A DNA stretch of 50,778 nt from Chromera velia. Lineage: Eukaryota. The position numbers were made by a program, and so were the translations under genes. Under the pieces are notes generated by a model, which worked only from the letters and a program-made list of their open reading frames with translations, did no database searches and was not told the origin of the DNA. Positions 36,586 to 49,500 of the stretch are shown piece after piece (the first letter of the stretch is position 1; every line of letters starts with the position of its first letter). The DNA lies in the NCBI GenBank assembly GCA_018398765.1, contig JAHBMJ010000328.1, positions 1 to 50,778 on the forward strand, read 5' to 3'.

Positions 36586-36975
36586 ATTTCTGGCACGAAG
36601 ATTCGTCTTCAATGCAAACGCAACAGAATTCCCGATCCAACCGACAAGAGCAAGCCTGTACAGCCGATTCACGTGTTTCTCATGACGTTCTGCTCGATTA
36701 AGCAATTCTCGACAAGATTGCTCGAGATCGACAATTCGCAGTCTGAGTCAACCACACAGTTTCCACCTCTCGGGGATTCTCAGTCTGATACGGTCTGACT
36801 GAGCGAGAGGTTATCCACGGGAACTATCCTTTGTTGAAGAATTCGGAGACAGAAAAAAGGAAGGTTCTTGTGGAAACAGTCAGTGCGACTTCTTGCCTGT
36901 CACTGACTGTTAGCTTGACTGGTCGTCTTCGTGTAAACGGACCGTCACAACTTCTGCATCATTGCTCGAGCCAAC

Positions 36976-39375
36976 ATGTCAGTACAGTGGCAAGACGCCG
37001 CATCTGCATTGGTTCACAATGAGGAGCTCTGGCGCGATCTCAACCTGCACCGTGTAAGCTTTGGAAGCAATGGGGAATCACTGGATTTGGTTATTATAAA
37101 CTCGGATGGTCACACGACAGAAAATCTACGACACTTGACAGTCCATTGGGAGGCAGTCGAAGAGTTCCCTGTTGGTCGGGTTTTCGTGACTGCGGAGCGG
37201 CCACAAGACGAGGCGTTTGTTGCGGATTTGCAGCAGACTTTGCAGGCAGACAACGACGAAGACTGTTCCCTCGTGACCGTCATGTCACGCATCAGTAAAG
37301 TGGATCCCACCGCCCTAGCACTTCGGTCTCTCGAGGAGGAAACCGTGAGGATGACAATCAAAAGGAGGCTCCAGCAGCTTGACGAGCGAGCCAGTCTCTG
37401 GACGGCTGCTCAACAACAGAGCAGCAACTCTTCTTCATTGGTAAGTCAGTCATTCCCTGCAGTATCCCCTTTCATTGGAATGCAGTTGTATGCAGTTGTG
37501 CGCTAGGACTGTGCGCTTGTAGCAAATTCTCGTTGCAGGCAGGACCTGTAGATCGATCCACAAAACCGAGCGCTTTTGCCTTTCACTCGGCCGTGCCTCC
37601 TTGCTCCTTTAATTCTTTCTGAAATTCAATTTTTGCTCCCATGTGTCAAACATTCACAACCCGAATTTCTTCAAATCACGTGTGCACATGCTATTGGATA
37701 CGTGGGTGCCTGCAGGGTCTTCAAGAGGGATTTGATTTGTTGAGAGAGGAATTGAAGGCACTCTGCAAGGACAAAATCATGGAAGGGCCGATTGAGCCCT
37801 CTCCTCTCGGGGAGAGCGTCTGGAACTGGTTCATGCAGATTGGTATGAAGGCTTTTGGATGGGGAGCAAATGATGTGGTCAGTTTTTCATTGTTGTTCGA
37901 TAGTTTGGTCTCTTGTTTTCGCTTGAGGCTCCTTCATTATTTCAATTAGCGAAAAGTTCTGTGGTGTGCAGTATGACTCTGACATCCTTCGATTTCCTTG
38001 TCATCTCTTTTCGACTGAGAAGGAGGGCCTCCGAATTGCCTGCAGGTGACTGCAATTACTTTTGCTTCAATGCCCGAGAAAGAATTCCTGCCTGTGTCCG
38101 TGCACGCTTTTACTGGGTCCAAAAGCTTTGACCAAGAAGCAACGCATTTGCTCCCTTCTTTATTCCCTTCTTTCATTCATTGAGTGCATACAGCGAAACA
38201 CAAGAGCAAGCTCCAGCCAAGTAGACGACACGTATTCGTTGACATCTAAGGAAAAAGGAGAAATCACACAATCAACTTGAAAAGCCGGCTTCTGTCAGTC
38301 CTTATCACTCTGCTTTGAAAACTCGACTCATCTTCTTTTCTTTGCCTCTGTCGGCACATGTGTGTGCGCGTGCGTGCAGGTGCAGCTGTTCGTCGCCTTT
38401 CGAGAGGGAGGGCACCCATTCTTCCCCCCTCGTGTGGTGGCGCTCTCTCCAAGGCTCCAGTGGCGAGACGACACTCCTGCTGGCTTTCCCCCCAATCCTT
38501 CCGATGTGTTCTCCCTGCTCTTCAAGTGAGTGCACAGGTTTGCGCCCTAAACGGCCCTAAATTGCACGACATGTCACGATAGTTACGGTATGGACACCCG
38601 GGAGTTCTCCTGTGCTTTTCGTGATGTCTGTCGTGGGATGCTTTCCCTGAAGGATACATTGCATTTCTCTCTCTTGCTGTCTGACTGAAGCAGAAAAATA
38701 AGAATTGGAATGGTTTGTTCTCGAAGATTTGCAGTGGGAGAGAAAAAAGGAGAAAGACTGAGAATGGGAGGCTTGCTGGCAGTGGACTCACGTGGTCTTT
38801 CAAAGGGACTACGCCAGTGTAGCACTTAACTTGGGCTTCGTCTATGTAGTGGCTGTGGTGTTTTGTCAGTGCACGGCAGGATCACAAGTCTGTGGTATGC
38901 TGATGCATACTCCGTTTCCCTTCCCTGCGTGCAGAGGTGATGTCACACCGATGCCGAAAGACTTCCTTATAGAAGTGAGCGAGATCATGGGGACAAATAT
39001 GAAGGTCGGCTCCACTTCAAGGTTGGTTTGAATTTGTTTGAATCCTTGGATCAGCCTCCCTTTATCTCCACCGTGTTTTGCAGTCCCTGGTAGAATGAAC
39101 GCAGAAAAAGGCGCAAAAGGAATGTGCATTGAAAGTGACTGTCTGTTTGCCTGTCGTTGGGAGAGAAGCAGGAAGCCAGTAACAAAAAGAAGTGAAGAGA
39201 ACTCCAAGCTTCTCTCTGCCTCCTTTCGTTTTCTGGGAATGCATCTCTACTTTTCTCTCTTGCTTGCTCGCCTTTTCCTTCTCGCTCTCTCTCCTTCCCC
39301 CCCCTCTTTCCCCCTATCCCCCTATCCCCATCCCAGTCTGTGTTCGTGTGTGTGTCTGTGCGTATGTGGATGTGT

Positions 39376-39409
<34 letters not shown>

Positions 39410-39682
39410 CTGTCGTGTGTGTGTGTGTGTGTGTCTGTCTGTTTGTCAGCAGAGGGGCAGCGTGTGAAACCAGTGATCACGTCAAAGTTTGTCGGGAGGT
39501 GGAGAGGCAAGGGGCGCTTAACTCTCACCTTTCGCCCCCCCTGCCCACTTTGTCTGAGTTGTCGTGATGTTCCTTTGTCTTTGTTGCTGTCTTTCTTTTT
39601 GTCTCTTGTGTTCATGAAGAAAAGAAGGGAGAAAAAACAACATATAGTCTGTCTGTCTGTCTGTCTATCTGTCTGTCTGTCC

Positions 39683-39757
<75 letters not shown>

Positions 39758-41655
39758 AGAGAGAGAGAGAGAGAGAGACTGCAGACGCGTGTGAGCAAGC
39801 ATGTGCCTGTGTGTGCAAGAGTGTTTTTGTCGGTATGCTTGACCTGTGTGTGTTCCCTCTGTCTTTGCAGCACCACAAAGTACCATATTTTTGAGCAGCT
39901 GCTGTGTATGCTCGCCCAAACGCACAGAGAGCGGGGCAGAGACAGAGAGAGACTAGACAGGCCCAGCACAGGCGTGGCGGCAGCAGCAAGGGTATCAAAT
40001 CCTGGAGGGTCCTGGCCTAATTCCCAGATGATCGAGACAGAAGGACGTCGGGAGCTCGTTTCTCTTCTTTCTTCACTTGTTGACTGACTTTCGGTCAGTC
40101 AGTCGCGAAAGTCAGTCAGTCGGATCAATCAATCGAAGTAGCGGATCAATCAAAGATGAAACCGTATGGCGTGCTTGCATGGAACCAAAGCTTCAGTCCG
40201 CGATAAATCTTTCGGACCTCTGAAGTAGCTAAAAGCGCGACCCATTGCCAAATTAAAGAACTGCATGCGCATTTGTCCTTCTTTGTCAGACCCACCCCCT
40301 CTCCTTCACTGTGTGTCCACCACCTGAGCCTCGACTTCAATGACATCAGTTAAACTGTTCGCTGGGGCACACGCAGACGAGCTGCCTGCTGGCCAGTCTT
40401 CTCTGAAATCCATCTTTCCGCTTTTCTTGCCGGCTTCACGCCAGTACATGCATTATTGTGTTGTGCTGTTCTTACTCATTCATCAATTTTGCTTGCAGGC
40501 CTTTGAGATGGCGTGGGAAGCAACCCCATCCGCCAGAAATGTACAGCTGCCGGTCTCTCTGCATGTTCTCGGTGTAGCAAACCGTCTGAACGGATCGATG
40601 GCTGTCCTGTCTAGAGAGGATACGGTGTCCCTCTGCCGTTTCTCCTGCCTCCCTGCCTTCCTCATTGCCGAGCTTGAGGCACTACCTCAAGACATTCTTC
40701 CAGTTGACGCGCCCCTATGCACATTGCTGGTGTCCCTGATCTGTCGGGCATTTGAAGTTGACAAAAACGTCTTCTCAGCAACGTATGAGGGGGGGCGCCT
40801 GTTGTCAGCATTGGAGTCTCTGAAGGAAAGACTCCAGACGAATCTGGAGGAAAGGCAAGTGCTCTTCATGGTTGACGAGATCATCAAACGGACCCGAGAG
40901 CTGATGGAGAAGGAGAAAGAGGAGAGAAAGAGGAAAGCGGCAGCAGAGGCCGCTTTTTCCCCCCGAAGAAGCGGTTCCAGCGCAGGCGTGCCCATTCCGT
41001 CAGATTCCAGCGCAGGCGTGCCCATTCCGTCAGATTCCAGCGCAGGCGTGCCCATTCCGTCGGATTCTAGCGCAGGCGTGCCCATTCCGTCGGAGTCTAG
41101 CGCAGGCGTGCCCTTTTCCCTCTTAGGCAGTCTCCAGGTAAGAAAAGTGCTTGCAGCAATGACTTACCAGATACATTCTGTAACCGCATTTTTTTTCTTT
41201 ATTGCTTTCCCTTTTTTTATCAATGTGAAGCACCAGTCTGTTTGTCTTTTCGTGTTGCCTTTCTTTTCATCTGGCCGCGAACCGCCAACCTGTGGCAATT
41301 CAGCATACCGACTGCCTCTGCAATGCCTTGAGTCAGACCTTCTTGAAGGGGCCTCTCATTGCTCTTCGCTGTTAATTTTTTCAGGTGCATGTGCTTGTCT
41401 CCGTCAAACATATATCAGATTGCCGTCTAGATTGTTCTGACGGTTCTTTCAACCATGACTTCTTGCAGAGAGCCGCAAAGAGGACCCTCGAGAGGACCGC
41501 CGACTTGGTGTCAGAGACGTTGAACTTCCCTTTCGGGAGAGGCGGCAGGAAAGAGAGGAGACGGTCAGTGAAAGGACATCTGTATGCAAATCCCTTCACT
41601 TCACGTCCTTGGGTCACGGTGGAGCGCCAGTGTATGTCTTTCGGAATCCCGCAAG
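36976..41655 (+). CDS. Hypothetical multi-exon protein with weak UBC/RWD-like motifs
   Basis: Candidate GT-AG exons 36976-37440, ~37716-37877, ~38380-38525, ~38935-38974, ~40499-41117, ~41469-41655 splice in frame. LLREELKAL..SVWNW..HPFFPPRVVALSPRL recalls the E2 (UBE2Q-like) rL.kEl..W..YP..PP.v..P pattern. No catalytic Cys identified; 3' end unresolved. Confidence 0.55.
39430..39680 (+). repeat. Dispersed intronic element, copy 3 (inverted relative to copies 1 and 2)
   Basis: Core 39493-39534 is the reverse complement of 34277-34318, with homologous flanks. Confidence 0.85.
40976..41113 (+). repeat. 30-bp coding tandem repeat x~4.6 encoding (SSAGVPIPSD/E)n
   Basis: Unit tccagcgcaggcgtgcccattccgtcagat, in frame within ORF 40340-41440. 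Confidence 0.92.
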
Positions 41656-43744
41656 TGCGAACAACGATGCGATTTGTGCTTCTTCGTTTTTTGAAATTCG
41701 GACTCGCGAAGAGGGATACAAAACAAAATGGTGGTCGTGCTACAGAACTTGCGGTACAGAGTCAAATGCTTTTGGATGAAATATGATGCATATACTTGTG
41801 CATCTCCGTGTTTCTTTGTCTGTATGCAGAGAGGCCCAAGATTCGAGGAGACAGGGCGATGCTGCGCCGGAGGGGAATGAGACAGAACAAAGAGAGTGAA
41901 TTGGAAGACAGACTTGGGTCTCTGATGGTCTCTGATATGTGGGAATCCGGTCTCTGATGGTTTCTGAAGCTCTTTATGGAAAGTCTGTGAATCTGGAGCA
42001 TATGCAGAGTCCAACAGGTGTTGCCTGAAGTAATCAATGAAGTCAAATGATTCCGACGGAGATGAAATTTGCGCAGCGCGGCACTGAATCGAATGCGCGC
42101 ACGGCGGTCAATCGAATTCACCTACGGCCCAGAGTGCCCCCGACGGCTTGCCCCCGGCCCGCCCCGCGGCTTCGCCTTCCTGCGTGTGCGCGGACGGAAT
42201 GACTGACACCCTATGTCTCAACTGAAAGTACGTGTTTACAATCACGAGAAGGACAAACTTTTTAAGGAGGACAAAAGCATATTGAAGCAGGTCAAAGAAT
42301 GAAACTAGCGAACTGAAGTTTATTTTTAGCTAGATTTTTAGACTTATTTCATACATACTTAGACATATACATGCACGCTGTCATTTTTAAGCATTCATGT
42401 TTTATTTACCAGGTTTCTAGTCAGTTAGGCTGAGTTAGCTAGGCTAAGGGCCTAACGCTGCTAAACTAGCCAGATTACTGAGTAAACACCTAAAATAAGC
42501 ACAAGAGAAAGTGATATGACACTAATATCGTAAGGAAGTCAGCTATCCTTAAAAAAAAGGTTTAATACGATACCTAGTAAGACACTTATCTCTAGCAGTT
42601 ATCTATTTAAAATAAACGGTATCATAAAGTCCAACAATGAAATAATAATATTTGATTAAATTAAACTGTACTTTAAATTATGAGCTAGGTTTTTGGTAAG
42701 ACTATGCAGATCAACTTATTTTGTACTATCTAAAAATATGTTTTCAATTTTTTATATTTATTGTAGTCTTATTATAGCTTTAAAAAATTTTAAAAGTCTG
42801 GTACAGGTCTGGCAAAATTTAAATTTATAGTCAAAATTGACTCAAAAAGCCTGTATGGTCTGCATCCCAAATTAACTTTTTGATTGATGAAAGTTTTTAA
42901 CTACTGAACTTTTATAGTAAACTTTTTGAAAAAGTCTGGTGGTAGTTTACATTTCGGGAAGTATACAAACTATATGAAAGCTAAAAATTGGTATATACAG
43001 ATCGAACGGACTTAAAGTGCTAGCTTAGAAACAAAAATATACTTTTAAGACCTTATTCTGCTATTAACCATTTTTTACTTCAACAAAAAAATGTCTGCTT
43101 CAAAAACAAGGTCAGTATTTTAAAAAAAACTTCGGTTCTAATAAAACTGTAGTAACGAAACGGCTTTTCCACTCTCTTGCTCCTCTTGTTGCATTGTGCA
43201 CGCTTCTTCACCAATGAATGCGTGTTCTCTTTGTGTGTTTACCGCTCTAGGTTGTCCCATGCATCTGCATGCTCTGCAACAGCATCAGCATTCAGAGGAA
43301 CACTTTGAAAATACTTTAAAAGAGGTCAAGGAACACAAAAGAAATGGCAGAAAGCAAGAACAATCTCGATTCTTCTTTTCTCCTTTTTCCCTTCTGACAT
43401 TCTCTTATCATCCACTCAGACAGACAACTTTGAATGCTTTCCTTTTCTACACAATACTAGACACAAAAAAAGGGTCACAAATGTTTCGATCGTGATGCTT
43501 CTGTACTCAGGAACCGGAAAACAGACTCCCGTCCCTTCCTCTCGTTCTCTTTCTCCTTCAACCTCTCCCAGTCTACATATCTTCATCTCTGTTTTTTTAA
43601 TACTCTGTCTGTCTCTTTGTCACCCTCTGCCCATCTTTCATGCACGGAGGCACAAACACAGAAAGATCAGCAAACCAGCTGATCAACAAAGAAGGAGGAC
43701 TTTAGAGAGATAGCCAAGAATATATTGTCCGTCCGTCCGTCCGT

Positions 43745-43776
<32 letters not shown>

Positions 43777-43779
43777 CAG

Positions 43780-44146
43780 TCAGTCACCCAGACAGACTGC
43801 GTTATCTTTTCTTTCCCCTTTTCTCTTTCTTCATTCAGTTCTGCTTTTTTCTTTCTTTGATTAGAATAGACAGATACACGGACAGACACACGAATAAGCA
43901 GACACAGACAGACAGACACACGAACAAGCAGACACAGACAGACAAACAAACCCTTCCTTTCACTCTCTTCTATTTTCTTCTTTTCTTTTGGCGCGCTCTC
44001 GGTGGAAGGGTACCAGAGCTCCAGGCCTTAAGTCGTACCCAGCGGCCCTTCCTTGCCTAGTGCAGGGTTGCCCTCTTGCACTTCCACAGACAGACAGACA
44101 GACAGACAGACAGAAGACTATATGTTTCTTCTTCTCCCTTCTTTTC

Positions 44147-44178
<32 letters not shown>

Positions 44179-44307
44179 TATATCGTCTTTTCTTTCCCTT
44201 TTTCTCCTTCTTCATTCTCTTCTGTTCTGTTTCTTTCTTTCTTCTTTTGGCGCTCTCTCTCAGTGGAAGGGTACCAGAGCTCCAGGCCTTAAGCGTACCC
44301 TGCGGCC

Positions 44308-44346
<39 letters not shown>

Positions 44347-44520
44347 CACGAACAAGCAGACACAGACAGACAGACTATATCGTCTTTTCTTTCCTTTTTT
44401 CTTCTTCCTCATTCTCTTCTGTTTTTTTCTTTCTTCTTTTGGCGCGCTCTCTCAGTGGAAGGGTACCAGAGCTCCAGGCCTTAAGCTTACACTGCGGCCC
44501 TTCCTTGCCCAGTGTAGGCT
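43780..44520. repeat. Three imperfect tandem units containing GTGGAAGGGTACCAGAGCTCCAGGCCTTAAG
   Basis: Motif at ~44002, ~44263 and ~44455, separated by (CAGA)n and pyrimidine tracts. The cagactatatgtttcttcttctccct linker is shared with the intronic element copies. Confidence 0.8.
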
Positions 44521-45510
44521 TATGCCTTTGCACTTTCACACTCTTTCCATCTGGACGTGGTCGTTTCTTATCTTCTCCTTTCGTTTACGAGGCAGCAGCA
44601 GCAGCGGCCCCCAACCGCCAGCAGCAGTAGCATTTTCTTTTTTTTTTTCTGGGGTACGTTCCCTTTCTTTCTTTTTTTCTTCTTCTGGGGTTCCCTTTAT
44701 CGTTTTCCCTTGACGAAGACAATAGTAACAACGGACCAGCCCCCCTCTTCTTGTTGGATCTCTTCTTTTGCCCCCCCGCCTAGATGGAAAGAATGCGTGT
44801 GCGTGTGCATGTATGCATGTCCTTGTATGTGCGACGTATGTACAGAGAGACAGACTATATGTTTCTTCTTCTCCCTTTGAGACAGACAGACAGACAGACA
44901 GACCAGACCAGACAAACACACAGACAGATAGACATGCATACAGACAGATACATACACAGACAGACAGACAGACAGACCAGACCAGACAAACACAGATAGG
45001 CACATACACAGACAGATACATACACAGATAAATAGACAGATAGGCGGACAAAGAAACGAAGGAGGAAAAAGACAGTCGAGGAACAGAACCCCAGCGAAAT
45101 AGTATTGGAAGGCGACGTCAAAGAAGACCATGGCCGCACCCTCCCAAGCCACTTCCAAAAAGGCATGCCGCGCACAAGTTTCATAAAACTAACCTTCCAT
45201 TTCTGGCTGCATCTGCTCCTGCCTACACTAACACTCCTGCGTTCTGACACCTGGCCTGACCTGGTTGATTGGCATCTTGTCGACCATTTAGAGGGCCCGC
45301 GTGCCAGCATGAGCCATTTAGGGGACGGACGACGTGCATGCAAGAATGAGTTCATTCGTTCGTTCCTCTGTGCGTTTGGGTGTGCACAGATCTGCTGGCC
45401 AGACGCAGGACAGACAGACTGTTTCATGTTTTCTTTTGGCTTCTTGTCTTTATGTACACACTACATGTTTCTGCTTCTGCCTTCTGTTCTTCATATACAT
45501 AACAGACAAA

Positions 45511-45549
<39 letters not shown>

Positions 45550-45632
45550 GAAGAAAGGAAGGAAGGAAGGAAAGAACGAAGGAAGGAAAGAACGAAGGAA
45601 GAAAGGAAGGAAGGAAAGAAGGAAGGAAGAAA

Positions 45633-45663
<31 letters not shown>

Positions 45664-45816
45664 GGAAAGAACGGAGACAGGAAGAGAGGAAGAAAGGGTC
45701 GTGCAAGGAGGCCCACCATGAATGCGGAATTGAAGAGAAACTGTTACACTCTGTCTAAAGGCCAGTATATACACGGGCTCAGAGGTTCGGCTGGGACACA
45801 CTCAGTATATAAAGTG

Positions 45817-46517
45817 TGAATTCGAAGCATCTGGTGGAGAATTAGTGTAGTCATCCTGTGGATGGGGGGTGCAACAGAAAGAACGGACTCAAATCCAGGA
45901 TACATCACGATCTATGCATACATTGCATGAACATGGGCTGCTGGGAGCACGGCTCCACTCTAGCAAAGCCAACTTCATTCATTCATTCATTCATAAGCAA
46001 GAACCAAAGGCACCGCTGCGAAAGCGAACAACATTTTCATGACCCACCCGCGAAAAGAGGTTTTGTCGAGTTCGTTTATTCATGTGACCCATCCATATAT
46101 GGTCAACAGTTTTGTTTCGTCGAAGACACGCAGCATAAAAGCAACACTTGAGGCTTGCGACGCCCATCCTCTCGTGGAAAGGTTGAAGAGGTCCGTTGGT
46201 CGAGACTTAACAAAAGACACAGTGGTATAGAAATACAGAGCTATTTCTATCATGACATCAAACCTCTCATAAGAAACTGTGATTTCCTAGACTTCCTAGA
46301 AAGTCAGGCTCAGACAGTCAGAGACTGTTAGAAGACTGAAGAATTCAGTCTTGCCAGATGACGTTAATCTTCCTGATTTATCAGACTGAACATGGAGTGA
46401 CTAAAACAACAGATATGCAACGCTTGATATGCAACGATGCAACATGCACGCAAGTCCGCGCAACGCAAAGGCTGGCAAAGGCATACTCAAAGCAACACCT
46501 ACTTTGATCTAAGTTTA
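45817..46517 (-). repeat. Probable 3' LTR of the copia element (left boundary uncertain)
   Basis: Polypurine tract GGGGGGGGAG (46527-46518) lies just after the RNase H stop. The LTR would start at 46517 with TA rather than TG. The second LTR is outside the window, so the extent cannot be confirmed. Confidence 0.4.
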
Positions 46518-49500
46518 CTCCCCCCCCGAGAGAGTGATTGAAACAAAACGAACGAGGTAAGATCGAAGTCTCAATCAATATTTGGCCACGCTTTCTCAAT
46601 GGGGATCCATTTAGTCAGACAATCTGCTAATTGTTCATCTTTTCCTGATACGTGCTCAACTGAAACAGAACATTCCTTCAATGCTTGCTGAACAAAAGCA
46701 AAGACTCCGAGCAACTGTGTATCTTCCTTCAAAGCACCGGCACGGAGTTGATCAATCAGCGTTCTGGAATCGTCAAACAGACGAACAGGGACATGATCAA
46801 ACAACAACCGAACTAAACACAAAAGCTGTGGAAGCTTCTTCAAGGAAGCTCTCATTGCCAGAAGTTTGGCCCCAGCAGAGCCAAGAACCTTTCGCTCTGT
46901 GTGATTCCCAATCAATCACATTTCTCCAACAACGAAGAGGCCAACGTGAATCGCATAGCATGACAAGAAAACCAGAACGGGAATCGTTTGCTCCCCTGTG
47001 ACCTCCATCAACAAAAATGTGAAGTTCAATGAAACCAATTCGGTTCATCAAAGGAAAGAAAATCAAATCGTGTGCAAATAAACAAGATTAAATCAAAAGA
47101 GTACCAACAACGCGAAAATAACAGAGAGTCGGGGTATTTCGCCAGCGGGACAATTCAGAGAAAGCAAAAGAAAGCCAGAAAAGGGTTTTCGTTTTCCAGC
47201 CCAGCTTGCCCATCCAAACTCTGTAGGGCCCCTCAAGGCGCATGTCGACTTTATTCTCTCTGGGTGGATCGAAATCAGATGCGACCACCTTCCCTGAGGC
47301 CTTGCTTGCTGGAACATTACACACACGAACATACTCGTGCTGACTTTGACGAATTGTCCCCTGACAATGACAAGTTTCGATTCCTACCACTCTCTTTCTC
47401 TTTCTCCCGATCAAATCCGGCTTTTCACACTCAATCTTTTCTCTCAATCGATTGAGATCATCGATTGGATTCTGACTGCTGCAAAGCAAATCATCGTAAT
47501 AAGTATTCATCCATGCAGATGGATACACACGCTTCACATCAACAATTGACGAGTCGTCGGAGCGTGCGAGTGGAGGAAGGGATGGAACACGAAGGAAAAT
47601 AGATTCACATACTTCTTTGAAACGAAAGAAAGAAGTCAAAAGATCTTTTAACGAGTGTATGAATAGACGTGGGGAGTCCTTCATACCATAGGCCGCCCTC
47701 AGGAGCCAATAAATAGCTCCAGCGACGAAGCCCAAACGAGAGGCGGAGAGGGGCAGCCAAGCAGGTAAACGAACAGCAATTCTTTCAGATGAAGGGAGAG
47801 GAACCTGAAGAAATGCAGTACAGACGTCAGTCACAGCAATCAGCCAATCACGCATTAAGATATAAATGAAAAGAACACGGAGGAAAACAGCTGACGGGGT
47901 ACCTGCATAAGTTTCCGTTTCGCGAGGGTCGGCCCATTTATGGCCCTGGATAGTCAGACGTGCTTTTACTTTTCTTTCTTTTCCTTTAATTTTCCACGTC
48001 ATGACCCATCTCATACTCATTATCAAGACACCCATCAAGACAGTTGTTTTGGGTCTTACGAGATCCCCCAGGACCTCGAACTTGGAGTAATTTCCTAATT
48101 CCCGATCCCCCGCCGCATCAAACAGTCCTTTGTCGACATCTGTCCAAGGTGCAGGGGTATGAGTTACCCCAGAGACGGAATCGGCAGGAAGAGGGGAATC
48201 AAACGACTTCGCTTCGGACAGAACGAAGAGAGATGGACTCTCATTCCAGTCATGCTGTCTCTCTTCAAAGAAAACGAAATCTGGGTTGTCCATCCATTCC
48301 AAATCAATCACCCAAACAGAATTCTCACACTCAAAAGCTTTTGTCTCCTCATGCACAAGCCTCTCGATGACTGAATAAGGCTCCGAGAGGAGAGAAGAGA
48401 GAACAGCGTGCCCTGGACATCGGGACTGGTATACAAGATAACAACAGCACCCCCCCTCACGTGCGACTGAACGAGCTTGACAGGCCGCGACAAGATTTGC
48501 AGCGGTGAAGAAAAGGGGAGGGGAATACGAGAAAAAAGAAGAAAGAATGGGACACAAAGGGGAAGAAATGGAGGTGGAAGAAGGAAAAGAAAAATTCATT
48601 GCACTCGAAAGAACATTCGATGCATTCACGGACAGGTGAGGCCACGATGCATTTATACGTTGAAAGACAGAAGGGGGAATTCGATCAGACTCAGTCAGGT
48701 CAAAACGTTCAAGAATGCGATCCGGATGGATCGTTGCCGTGCCACCCGCAGCGGCAGGCAGACCCATCGTTCAAACGATCGTGCCGTCAGCCTTCTCTTG
48801 ACTCAGATTCATGACAGTGAGACGGCCATTCTTTCTTATCTCTCCCAACTCAACAGCAAACAGATTTCCTTTGCTGTTGGAAACAAGTGCGCACCCCCCC
48901 TGACTCATGGAGTGCCGTGAAGAAGAACTGGCAGCTGAAGGAGGGGGAAAAGGAGGCAAGGAGGGAAGAGAAGATGAAAGGGACGGGAAAGGAGCAGGAC
49001 CGCCAGCCGCGTCTGAAGTTGCTCTCTGCGGCGAAACGGGCGGAATTGAAAAAGGAGAAGAAGGCAAAGAAGGCGAAATCAAAGGACGAAAAATCTCTGC
49101 ATCCTCAATGGGCTCATCAACTTCCTCCAACACGTACCCTGGATCTTTCACACCCAGAGAAACAGAAGGAGCAGTGGAAGCAGCGGGAGCGGAAGGAGGA
49201 ACTCGGGAAGGACGGTGCTTCGGGGGACGGGAGGGTTGGAAAGGGACAGAATGTGAATTGGCGCGAGGGAGAGGAAAAGAAAAACGAGTGAGAACAAATT
49301 CCCAAAGTCTGCTCCTCTTCACCACCCCTGGAGAGGTGGAGTGCAGTCACACCCAACCTACTCTGTGGACAGAAGGCCCCCAACAGAAACGCTCAACGTC
49401 CCAAGGGGCACAAACACACTCTTGATCAGAAACGCCGAAAAGAAACACCCCGAAACAGGCTCGGGGTCGACACCCTTTCTTTTCTGTCTGCACATGAGGA

